The notes under the pieces are model-generated. The model saw nothing but the letters and a program-made list of their open reading frames with translations, was not told the DNA's origin and made no database searches. 44,010 bases of DNA, from assembly GCA_905331295.1 (NCBI GenBank), contig CAJNYD010000402.1:1-44010 (forward strand). Direction: 5' to 3'. Position numbers and translations under genes: made by a program. Source of the DNA: Rotaria socialis (lineage: Eukaryota). Below, piece by piece: positions 33,515 through 44,010 of the stretch. Position 1 is the first letter of the stretch, and every line of letters begins with the position of its first letter.

Positions 33515-35487
33515 TTAACTTACGTAAGCGCCGACAGTTGGTTTTGCATTCGATCGAGTTTTTCCGTTGAAATCATGAGCAACAGGTTGGCTATCAAGGT
33601 TTATACCAGCATTGATCAGTGGAGATTTTACAGCTGGATATAAATTCATTTTGTTAGGATCGAAAAAAGCATTGTATTCGATATTGAATGTTCCATCGGG
33701 CTGAATTCCGGAAGCTGAAACTGGACCGTTAATAGCGTTATTATAAATTTGGTAGCCTAAAATGATGAACAATTTTCAGTTAAGACTGATAGTAATATGT
33801 TACGCAGATAAATATTTATATTCACTAGCTAAGTTAGTGACAGCTGTGATCGCTGGTTGATTGCCACAATAGAATACGTTGTTGGCAATGAGAATGTTAC
33901 TATGCGTTGCGCCATTCAGACGAAGACACGCATCTGCCGCCGACATGTAAACAGTATTATGGCTTATAGTAACATTTCGAATGTATCCAACAGCGGGATA
34001 GACTGAGTTCTGAGTTACACCAATGCCAGCCAGATCTAGTCAGAGAAACGAACAATGATTACTACAGTAGTATTTATGCTATTTAATGACCAGTATCATG
34101 GGTTCAGTAATTAAGAAGAAATATTCTGTCAGATCTATATTTCATTTAAAATTTACTATAGTCGATGCTTTTAAGAAGAGAGAGAAATATTTCGACAGTT
34201 ACATATTTTGTTCAAAATATTGTATCTTTATTATCATTCGTATGAACAGAGCGATTTGTTCGAATATCATGAAATGCGAGTTAGTAAATGTTGGAACAAT
34301 TATTTAAACGAATGTTTCCGAACTGTAAAAAGTTCTAGTCATTTTTATGCTTTAGTTGCTAGACAGACAAAACAAACGTTAGTTGCTCGAATATGAAACA
34401 AATTATCTTCTCTGACCAGTTATCATTCTTACTGTTAATAAATCATTGGTATAACAGAACTTACTAGCACTGAAAATAACATTGTTTGCGATTGTTACTC
34501 CAGATGTGCACTGTATGCCGAAATCACCTGTGCCGGACTGAATCGCATAGTTACCCACGATGAAATTTCGTCCACGGTTGTAATCATCATAAACCAAAAT
34601 ACATGGTCCTGAAACCCTATAGCAAGCATTATTACGAATCATGACATTGTATGAGCCAGGCTATATGGGTAAAAATATTTTTAAAAAACTGATAATCAAA
34701 AAAAAAACTCGCCATAATATTACCTTCACTTGAAATCCAGGTCGAAAGCCTCCTACAGGGCCATTCGTATCGTGACAATAGTTATGCTCAAGAAGCGAAT
34801 CACGCATACGACATAGATCATTTACACAGCCGAAATAGACACATCCACCTCCTATCCAAGCATACTTTTGTTTTTCACGTAATACCCAACTATGAAACGG
34901 ATTCAGTTATGAAAATGTACTCACCAAATGTATTGCTAATTTTTATTTCGGTATTTCTTAATGTAATATTGTAATACTCATTTCCAGCATCATTCGCTGC
35001 AAATGCTGTAGTCGCAGTGTCATAAACATACAGATCGTCAAATATTGCATTGAACGTAGCTACGAAAATGAAATGATAAACGGTGCAGTCAATAATTAGA
35101 AATTTTTTTTGTCATTTTACCAGCAGGTCCTACTCTTATGCCTCTAGAACCCTTGGTAAATGCCAAGTGCTTTAGCATAAAATTGGATCCTTGGATATTG
35201 AGAATATTTTGAGCGTCTGGACTAGTATTTGGATTTTGTATAACAGGGCGCGCTTCATCAGGTGCTCCCTGAATGATGATTGGCTGCGTCAATAGACCGT
35301 TCAATGTCAACTGAAAATAGCCAGAACCCGCCGTTGTATAAGTACCCTGATGCATAGTGACAAGATCACCAGGTTTTAAATTACTAAGAATAGATTGCCA
35401 ATTTGATGATGACGTGGTGATATCGTATACAGTACTCTCTACACCGTACAGTATAATACAAAGAATGATAAACTTTATAATCGACAT
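33515..35487 (-). CDS. Secreted right-handed parallel beta-helix (pectin lyase-like fold) protein, 6 exons, 425 aa
   Basis: Exons 35487-35121, 35059-34925, 34851-34724, 34660-34465, 34035-33826 and 33756-33515 join in frame (1278 nt) with GT-AG introns. Signal peptide MSIIKFIILCIILYGVES; motifs LKPGDLVTMHQGTY, PIIIQGA, repeated I.NN.. strands and a C-terminal SPLINAG..DFNG..R...PTVGAY. Confidence 0.85.
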
Positions 35488-37011
35488 GATTCTGCCTGCA
35501 ATGTCGATGCAAAATAAATCTAAAAGTTCGCACGAAAGTCTTTCATACGATTGCAATTTATTTTCTATATCTAGTACGAATGAGGAGTTCTAAGCTAATA
35601 ACAACGATTGCGTTTTTATTGCTTTAAGTTGCTATACACAACATTAGATAAGGATTCAATTTCGATTTATCAGTAGACATAGTTAATCGATCAAAATTAA
35701 GTTAGAGAAATTTTAAAAAAAGGAAAGGTAGTTATCACTATGTATTATACTTATGTTCTGGAAAGGTAAACTCACGTTACTCTGTCAATGTAAAAATCGA
35801 TCTCATCTGGTCGAGTAAGATGATTGAAAATTGATGCCTGCATTTTAATGAACTTCTTGATGATCTCAAAACCATTATATCTATCGAATTCCTCACTGAG
35901 TATACCGAAGGCCTTCTATTTTTAGTTGAAACCCAACTGCAAATAATAGTTCTAAAGAAAAAATAGCGAAAATATCTGAAAGCCAAGTGAATAAATCACA
36001 CACGTTATCATGTTTTAAGTAGTTGTGACGCTCGACCTAAAATAAGAATAGAAAATGATAGAATGCAGTATTCTATTACCTAAAAAATAATCATTCTTCA
36101 TAAATATTCTGTGATCCATTGCAACAACAAGAATCAATTATTTTTGAAGTATCATATTCAAAAAAAAGATTGATTCTGAATACATCGGAAACAGACCTAA
36201 TATCAGTTGACAAATATTATTTGATTTTGTGAGGCATGATATTGACGAAGTCATTAGAAATTGTCCATCACTTATCAGTAATTTAGACTCGAATTGTTTA
36301 AGGAAAGGAGATCTTGGGCGTGGGTGTGAATAGAGAATCTACACGCACACCCACTTCCACAGCGATTTTCAGTGCTATTTTTGAGACGACGTCGAAAAAT
36401 AAGCTTTGACGTTTGAAACTTCTGTGCTTTAACATCTTTTTAATCGTTCAGTATATTCATATTCTCATGTTTTTATTCAAAATCAGCATATATTTTGACC
36501 AATAAATGAAGAAAAAACGAGTTATTATTAAATAATCAATAACTGTGAACAAGAGAAAATGCTTGATTTCTTTCTTGAGAAGTAATGCTAGTGGGAGAAA
36601 CGAAATCAGCGAAGTTATTGTCCTGAAAACCTTCAGTAGTTTCATGACTTTAACTTGGTGCATGCTAAGTAGAAAAGGCTCAGTGATATCACTAAAATAA
36701 GAGAAATCTGACTATTTTCGTATCGAAGGGTTCGATTTTATGTTGTTTTCATCAATTACCTTTTTGTATCAAGACTATTTAATGCAATAATTAAAACTTG
36801 AATGAAAATCAAAATAGTATCATATTTCTTTGTATAGTGGGATTATACGAAGTACCGCTTCGTCTACAGTAGCTTTAAAAGGCACCACTGATCATTTCAG
36901 CATCAATAACAGCATCATTCTGATTCGATTTTGCTTGAACTTCAACGACAATGGTTTCAATGGCTTTCCATTACTCGGTCTTCTTTCTGCTCATGTAAAT
37001 AGAAATTTTTG

Positions 37012-37939
37012 GGGGTTGGTGGAAAACGTAGAAAAGGAAAACGCAGAAAAGGAAAACGCAGAAAAGGAAAAGGTAGAAAAAAAAATACTCGAAAGGAAAA
37101 TGTAGAAAAGGAAAATGTAGAAAAGGAAAATGTAGAAAAGGAAAACGTCGAAATGATTAACTTTATCTTTTTGATGAATGAGAAATATTATGCTCTATTA
37201 ATTTAAAATGAAAAAGACTAAAGAAAATTGACAATATAAGTGCATCTTTTTTTCCAATCAACAATGATAAACCTGACAATAGTTCGTTTGCGTTGATTTC
37301 CTTCTTGAGAAATCTGCTGTGCAGAGTGTCAAATCTCATTTGAAAAGCTGTTGTTTTTTTATTTGCTGTTGTCTTATTGCACTTGAATAGGTAATTCTCG
37401 TATATTAATAATGGTTTACCCTTGTTAGATGTAGAAAACGATATGTCAAAATGCAATGCTGGGTTTTACATGGACTATTTTCAGAATCTAAGTTTGTCGC
37501 CATTCTAACAATATATCAATTGAATATTTGAAAATTTTCTTCACTTGATCAGAAATATAATATGTGGAGCGAAAGAGTGACCAATGCAGTGGCGGATTTA
37601 GGAGGTGCGATCACCTCGTCGTACCCCCTTCGATAATTTTTTTTATTTTTCCCAGCAAAAACGAACGAAAAACAAGCTCATACTACCTGGAATATATCTC
37701 AAAATGTGTTTTTTGTCTAGGATCGCACCCCCTTCAGGCAGTCGTACCTCTCTTTCAAAATCCTAGATCCGTCCCTGTGCCACTCAGAATAACAAAATAG
37801 AATTTCTCTAGTAACATCATTCGAATGTATTCAACATTTTCCTTTTCTGTGTTTTCCTTTTCGATATTTTCCTTTTCTATATTTTCTTTTTCTACGCCTT
37901 CCTTTCTAGTAATTTTTTTCTGCGTTTTCCACCAAGATC
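37012..37939 (-). mobile_element. Internally deleted MULE (FLYWCH-type) element with GAAAAGGAAAA-repeat TIRs
   Basis: TTGGTGGAAAACGTAGAAAA at ~37016 pairs with TTTTCTGCGTTTTCCACCAA ending at 37935, with AATTTTT-like flanks on both sides. The internal ORF fuses a FLYWCH start (STSNKGKPLLIYENYLFKCNK) directly to a transposase tail (EINANELLSGLSLLIGKK). Confidence 0.7.
37587..37777. mobile_element. Nested hAT-like MITE
   Basis: CAGTGGCGGATTTAGG ... CCTAGATCCGTCCCTG termini; the TSD is degenerate. Confidence 0.6.
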
Positions 37940-38220
37940 AATTTTTTCATCATTCTATTGACCTAATATTTTGTTGTTGATTTAAAGCATTAACAGCACA
38001 AGTTGATTCTCAATTGTGCCATGGAATATCTCAATATGGCCGTTATTCTTCAAACAATGCATATGGATGTTTTCATATGATAGGGATCTCAAACATCGGT
38101 ATTTGTGGCTTTCAATGGGTTGATTGCTCCGAATTAATTCCATGAGATCAAACGGATAGTAATTGTCCTGAACCCGATCAGATTTGCGTGAACCATCCTC
38201 GATGGGTGTGAGTGTGTTTA

Positions 38221-38729
38221 CACTGTAAAAAATAGGTACTTTACGGAACCTCGAAAAAAGGTTCAGTAGACGGCAAAATGTTTGCAAATGTGTTCAAAGT
38301 TTCAAAAAAAGAATGAAAAAATCCACGGAACCTTGAAAGGATCTTACTGTGTACCCAAGTGAAGATCCTTTCTCTTCGAAACCTTTTTAAGTTCCATACA
38401 CCAAAAAATAGGTTTTGCAGGAACATACGAAACCTTTAGAGTTTCGTATTAAATATAATAGGTTTACAGGAAGTCCAGTACGAAACCATGAGGTTTAATA
38501 CGAAACTTTAAAGGTTTCGTATGTTCCTACAAAACCTATTTTTTGGTGTATGGAACTTAAAAAGGTTTCTAAGAGAAAAGGATCTACACTTGGGTACACG
38601 GTAAGATCCTTTAAAGGTTCCGTGGATTTTTTTCATTCTTTTTTGAAACTTTGAACACATTTGCAAGCTTTTTGTCGTCTACCGAACGTTTTTTCGAGGT
38701 TCCGTAAAGTATCTATTTATTTTACAGTG
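38221..38729. mobile_element. Near-palindromic 509-bp MITE with CACTGTAAAA termini and a TA TSD
   Basis: TA|CACTGTAAAA ... TTTTACAGTG|TA; the arms pair for ~230 bp around a centre near 38470. Confidence 0.9.
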
Positions 38730-38760
38730 TAGAATGCAATTGTTTTGGTTTAAAGCTAGT

Positions 38761-38804
38761 TACAACGCGTTTCGATCAGGGCTTAATCCGGCCATCATCA
38801 AGTA
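38761..38804 (-). ncRNA. Degenerate hammerhead ribozyme-like motif (Penelope type)
   Basis: The minus strand reads TAC-TTGATGA-(stem II)-GAAAC-GC-GTT-GTA; the core has C3U. Confidence 0.45.
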
Positions 38805-39197
38805 TTTTCAGAATCTAATTAACTGCATATCGATCAAATAATACTTAAGTAAAAATTTTTATAAAAATCAAAACAAGTTGACTTCCACTAAATTCTCAAC
38901 AAAGATGATTAAATATCACTAGAATCTCTAAATATTTCAAAAATAAATACCAAAAGAGACGAGACATTGCAGTTCTAAACAAAGGTGTGTTAAGAATGGA
39001 ATTTTTTAGATTCAAAGCTAGAAAGCATACCACGACCTGTTTTGTCCTTGATTAAGGGACTTCTCAAATGGCTTAAGACATCTTAATCGATTCGAAACAG
39101 GTTAACCTATCTCTTAACAAAAAGACAAATCAATCTGCTAGTCTCAACTCTTACTTTTCAGTAATCGATCAAAGTCGAAAAATGATATAATATAATA

Positions 39198-40509
39198 ACG
39201 GGTGCATCAGAAAAAATGGCCCACGTTTGTTTTGATGTTCATGCTTACTAGATATGCTTTATTTAAAATCAAATAATATCAATAAATGCAAGATGTCTAG
39301 GGGTATAATATGCACTAACAATATTATCTAATATAGTCACCGTTTGTTCTTAAAATAGAAGAAATTCTACTTGACCAAGTTTCTACACTGTGAACGACAC
39401 TAGTACTTGGTACACGAATAACAACTTGCTTTATTTCTTCAATTAAAGAATTGTAATTCTTAACTTTTTCCCAATGAATATTATGATTAATAGCATCCCA
39501 CACGTAGTAATCCAAAACGCTCAGGTCCGAACTATTAGGAGGCCATTTAGTTTCATCGATGAATCTGCTAAAGTTGTTTCGAATCCATGTTAAGGAATCT
39601 TTATGTGTATGCGGTGTTGCATTATCTTGTTGATATATAAAATCTTCACCCAATAGACGTTGACCTTCAGGGAATGCATGTGGAAGTACAATATCAATAT
39701 AATTTTTGTGTGTTAACGTTTCACCAGGCTTAAAAATAATTGGAGTTGTAACACCTTCTTTACATGCACCTAGCCATACCATAATGCGTTTTGGAAATTT
39801 CGATAATCTGTGTATTCCTCCATGTGCATCGGCTTCTTGACGACTTGATGCATAAACACGATCATTTTGACGATTGTATATACCATCCATACCAAAATAT
39901 TTTTCGTCAGTAAATAAAATTAAACCATGGTCTTTCTTTCTTAATGATTTTCTCACCCAGTATGCAAATGATTTTCTTCGTTGCTTGTGATCATCCTGAA
40001 TATTTGGTTGAATTATAACATGATAAGCATGTAAATGAAGATCGTCTTGAATCACACGACGCATTGTTGCTTCAGAAACTCAAAGTGATTTAGCTAATTT
40101 TCTTGCACTTCGTCGACGTTTATAAGTAAACCTCTGTTTCACCTTTTGGATAAGTTGTTTTGTTCGTACAATTCGAGGTCTACCACTTGGTACATTTAAA
40201 TCAATCGAACCTGTTCTTTTATATAAATGTTGCCATCGTCTAACTGTACAATCACTCACCACATTTCGTAATTCTTTTGCAATTTGACGTGATAAAATTC
40301 CATCATCAGTCATTCGCATTACCACTTTTCGAAGGTCTTTAGATTTCATTATAAAAACTAGTGTAAATTCGACCTATAGAGTTTATATTGTACTGTTGTG
40401 TAGCTCTACTATAGTCCAAATATACGATATTAGAATAGGGGGAAAATACGGATAAAGCACATAGATTTTGATTAGTACAAAAGTGGGCCGTTTATTATGA
40501 CGCATCCGT
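39198..40509 (-). mobile_element. Tc1/mariner DD37D (maT-like) transposon, full length
   Basis: TA|ACGGGTGCATCAGAAAAAATGGCCCAC ... GTGGGCCGTTTATTATGACGCATCCGT|TA imperfect TIRs with a TA TSD. Confidence 0.9.
39324..40349 (-). pseudogene. DD37D transposase (341 codons) with a single premature TGA
   Basis: The HTH ORF 40349-40080 and catalytic ORF 40064-39324 are in the same frame, separated by TGA at 40082-40080. Motifs FTDEKYF, QQDNATPH and SSDLSVLDYYVW, with 37 residues between the second and third Asp. Confidence 0.9.
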
Positions 40510-40562
40510 TATTATATATTTAAATTTGTGCTTGAATTAAATAAAATGCAGAGTTTAATTTC

Positions 40563-40616
40563 GCCGACGCGTTTCGTATTATTTATTTATCAAAATAATG
40601 AAACACTCTTCAGGGC
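40563..40616 (-). ncRNA. Type I minimal hammerhead ribozyme (Penelope-like element type)
   Basis: Minus strand: GCC-CTGAAGA-GTGTT..AATAC-GAAAC-GC-GTC-GGC. The CUGANGA and GAAA boxes are intact, with stem I GCC/GGC, stem II GUGUU/AAUAC, a palindromic ACGCGT stem III and a GUC cleavage triplet. Confidence 0.75.
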
Positions 40617-41195
40617 TCTACATTACAAATAAGCACAAGTTCAGAAATAAGAAAAAGGTAAAATTACAAATTAGAATACAAATTATAGAATGGGATCGAT
40701 TTCAGAAATTGAACACTCTAGATACCGGTTCACAAAAGAAGAACTTTATCGAAAAGCATGAATTGGGATGCATCTATAGGTCGTTCATTTGGATGGATCT
40801 TGGTCGAAGTCTTTGATATTTTCAATTTTATTTGGAAGGCTGATGCCAATTTTGCTCCACTTTGTATGATAGGTTTTTGGATTAGATCAAAGTTGGGGTT
40901 AAAATTGAATGAAAGTTATTCCGAATCCAAATCTGAATTACTTCAAATCCAGATCCAAGCTATTCCGAATCCAAAACTCTGAATTAATGAAACATATTTT
41001 GGATGGTTTGTAATCTTTGTTATATATTTGACTGCAATAGTGATTTTCATAAATGCTTTATAATTTATGATGGCTATTAAATATAAGTTCAGTAGTATAA
41101 ATCTAATCTAATATAATATATAGTTTTAATTGAGAGCTCAATGTTTCAGCTGGTTTGATTGAATTTGAATATAGTATTGGGTGTGATATAGGCAG

Positions 41196-41241
41196 CCATG
41201 ACACGTTTCGATCTTGCTTAAGGATCTCATTAGGTCATAGG
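41196..41241 (-). ncRNA. Degenerate hammerhead ribozyme-like motif
   Basis: Minus strand: CTATGAC-CTAATGA-GATC-loop-GATC-GAAAC-GT-GTCATGG; the core has G5A. Confidence 0.45.
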
Positions 41242-41320
41242 TCCACAAGAAATAAAAATTATCCCGGTCTAACTTTTCTATATAAATATAGGTAGCCTTT
41301 AATGCATTTAGTCCCTTTAA

Positions 41321-42960
41321 GGGGGCCCCCGTCAGGAAAAACGATTTTTCGAAAAAAATCCGAAAATGAGTTTTTATCATAGGAAAATGCCCCGTGATCT
41401 CCTCTTTCAGAATATATATAGGTTTTTGAAAAACGCTCAAGTTTTGATAGAGTTATGGAAGAAATACTCTCACTCTACTCTCAAATTTTTCGATATTTTC
41501 GCATTTTTGGCGAAATTTTTCTTTTTTTCCGTTTCCATCGATTCATAGGCTATTCTTTTGAATGAAACACACCTAGTAACACATAAAATCATGATTACAT
41601 TATGTTTGCGCTCCATATGGCATATTTAGTTTATATATACTTTGCGGAAACCTACATATTTTTGAGAAAATCGAGTTCTCTATATCTCTCAAGATGACTC
41701 ATTAGTTTAACGTACAGGAAATGTCGTGAAGTTACTTTATAGAAATCCTGAGTTGTCGAGAAATGCTAATAACAGATGAAAAACGAAAAGAGCTGAAACA
41801 CAAAAATTACACGCGAAACAGTTCAATGAATGTTCGAAGAGTGAATACAATATCTGGTTTTTGTGAACAGTTGTTGTCATCGATGTCTGATGGATATAAA
41901 CATCTAATAAGTTGTTTGATTAATGGGGGTAGCTCGTAGATTTCTTTCTTTTTTGTTTTTAATTTTTGTTGTCGAATACCAAAGATGAGTTGATTTAGCT
42001 TGGAATCAATTTCTTGTCGCTGTTTTTGATCATGAGGCAAGTCGAGTGGATTTGGTTTGTTTGTTAGCTTTAACGATGATAACGGTAAATTGAGTGAATT
42101 TGCGTTTTTGTTATTGCTAATGTTGAGAATGATCTTGATAGAGATTTTGGTGTACTAAAAAAAATGTTCTTATTCAAAAAAACATTTATTATTTCAAGAA
42201 AGTCAAAAATTCAATCAATATCCACTCTTCTAGGCTTTAGAATTTTCATAGGAACATTGCCAAATACGAACTACATACTCTGCAGATTTGTCATTTGTAC
42301 GGCTCTTGGGGTTTGCCTGATTTGTATTTCTCGAATCGATGTTATCTAAACCGTCGGATTCATCGTCAATAAAATCTTCGCTACTTGTTGTAGTACGGCA
42401 TTCAGCTTCATCATCATTTGTATTCGTATGAATGATAGATGAATCCACGGGATTCTGAGGCTTCAGAATTTCGACTAGAGCAAGTGGTATTATCACATTT
42501 TCTTGATCAAATGCGCGATATAATGCATTGTAACAAATGTTAAAATTATTCATTTTATCTACAAATCGTATCGAGAAAAAAAACAAATTCTTTAGAAAAG
42601 ATATTTTATTCTTTTTCTAATCATAGAAAATATCTGAACAAAATGAAATATAATGATTCATGAATCAACAAATAAAAAAACATAAAAACAACTGTTCCAT
42701 GGAAAAATATCAATATGCACCGGACATATATGAGTCATCTAATTGGTCATCTCTGTTCTCGTCAACACTCATTCGATCACTTTGCGAATCGGATGTTTCT
42801 TCACTTTGTTTTAGTTTCTGTTGAGCTTTTCTTTTTCTTTTATGTTCATAATATATACGACGTTCATCAAGTCTTTTCATGCCCATTCTTGTAAAAAATC
42901 CGGTATTACCTAAGAGCAGACTATATTTATTTTATAGGAATTTATGATCACTCTGTACCT
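41321..42960 (-). mobile_element. Kolobok-like DNA transposon end with a transposase tail and an accessory gene
   Basis: TTAA|GGGGGCCCCCG terminus at 41317-41331. Minus-strand exon ~42920-42710 reads GNTGFFTRMGMKRLDERRI..YMSGAY*, and a second spliced gene lies at ~42553-41807. It is truncated by the element starting at 42969. Confidence 0.5.
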
Positions 42961-42968
42961 GTTATTTC

Positions 42969-44010
42969 GGGTTACCGGAAGTTCGTCAGTTGTGACTTTC
43001 GCGATTCAGACTTTCGCCATTGGCGAATGTCCACTGTGCTTTCGCCGATGTACCTTTCTGACATTCGCCAATTGGCGAGTGTCCATTGGTCTTTCGCCCG
43101 TTTACTGTCCTTACATTAGCCAATTGGCGAATTTCCACTGAACTTACGCTGGTATATCCTTCAGATATTGGGCGATTGAAAAATGATAGTGGTATTGATC
43201 GAAGAAATCAGTAACAAATACACGCTAAGAAAATTGTTAGGAATGACATGATCAAAATTTTTCTTTGTAGTTTTAGATTTATTCGAAATATGTCTAATAT
43301 CATTTGTTTGTTAACAAGTACGAAGTATAACACATTGAACATCTGTTCATATCTTGAGGGTGTTAAAAAGTTTAGTATATATGATATGATTTCGAGTTTT
43401 TCAGATAGCTATTGTTAATCAAATGCCTGTTACTACTCGTGCAGTAACATTAAGATCCCAAGCTAATGCAGATTTAATTCATTCACAAGATCAAGCAACA
43501 CCAACTTCAACATCAACTGGCAAAACAACTCGTAAATATCCATCAAAGCAGAAACGTAAACAAGCTCAAGGACAACAGATTATATCTTCTGTTGAATCTC
43601 AAATATGTTCTCCACTTCAACCACAGTCAACAACTTTAGATGCTGTACTTACATCCGAAGATATTCATGAACAACCTCATGAAGATGTAACATTAAAAAA
43701 GGACGATGCAACAGTTGAACCAACATCTTCAACGCCAATAACGAGTTCAGTTTTTCCAACAACATCATCACCAACAAAGAATGATGATAATGATTCTATC
43801 ATATCATTAGAATCATCAAACAACGATGAAAATGAAATATTTGTAGGAGATTCAAATCATCTTATGAATGAACCAGTTATCAAAGGAGAAGTAACAACGG
43901 TTACATCAACACGAGGTGGGAAAATGATTTTCATGAACGGCTTTGCATATCTTTATATGAGTATGGCAAAAGAAACAACGGGTTGGCGGTGTGTTCGAAG
44001 AAATGAGAAT
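42969..44010 (+). mobile_element. Left end of a MULE-like element (TIR with TTCGCCA/TTGGCGA repeats), running off the window
   Basis: A GG-starting terminus with repeated TTTCGCC/ATTGGCGA units at 42969-43180, followed by a FLYWCH-containing ORF. Confidence 0.65.
43423..44010 (+). CDS. N-terminus of a FLYWCH-domain (MULE transposase-like) protein, 3'-incomplete
   Basis: Open frame from ATG 43423 (MPVTTRA..) to the window end: an S/T-rich low-complexity region, then TSTRGGKMIFMNGFAYLY..TTGWRC. It is absent from the ORF track because no stop is reached. Confidence 0.7.
   Translation, partial: MPVTTRAVTLRSQANADLIHSQDQATPTSTSTGKTTRKYPSKQKRKQAQGQQIISSVESQICSPLQPQSTTLDAVLTSEDIHEQPHEDVTLKKDDATVEPTSSTPITSSVFPTTSSPTKNDDNDSIISLESSNNDENEIFVGDSNHLMNEPVIKGEVTTVTSTRGGKMIFMNGFAYLYMSMAKETTGWRCVRRNEN

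Noticed and set aside
36830..37206. Basic/acidic repeat ORFs (GKRRK, EKENV)
   Set aside because: Translation of the 15-bp GAAAAGGAAAA TIR repeats.
39045..39105. Plus-strand ..TCGAAACAGGTTAA hammerhead-like fragment
   Set aside because: No properly placed CUGANGA box or stem I.
40620..41190. Possible GIY-YIG/Penelope coding remnant between the hammerheads
   Set aside because: The frames I translated have stops and no recognisable motif.

Overview
AT-rich, intron-bearing eukaryotic DNA, most consistent with a bdelloid rotifer (inferred from gene families, ~55-60 nt introns, TGTGGG-like repeats and transposon types). It has two single-N scaffold joins (17159, 22169). Host genes: an intronless trypsin-like serine protease; an intact 17-exon F-box/LRR gene in which each 28-aa LRR is its own 84-nt phase-0 exon; a second, headless array of 14 such exons; an arginine ADP-ribosyltransferase-TPR gene with two homopolymer frameshifts; a decayed NEURL4/PARP-like ART gene split by a MITE; an intact 6-exon secreted parallel beta-helix protein that looks bacterial; and a decayed F-box-family fragment. 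These lie among many mobile elements: a foldback pogo-like element with ~520-bp arms, an RTE LINE with an 11-bp TSD, a DD37D (maT) Tc1/mariner element, CMC/EnSpm, MULE-FLYWCH and Kolobok-like remnants, Helentron/HINE copies and several MITEs. The most notable signals are the modular LRR exon cassettes, three co-oriented Penelope-type hammerhead ribozyme motifs, and recurrent inverted pairs of telomere-like repeats. All family assignments come from motif recognition, not database searches.
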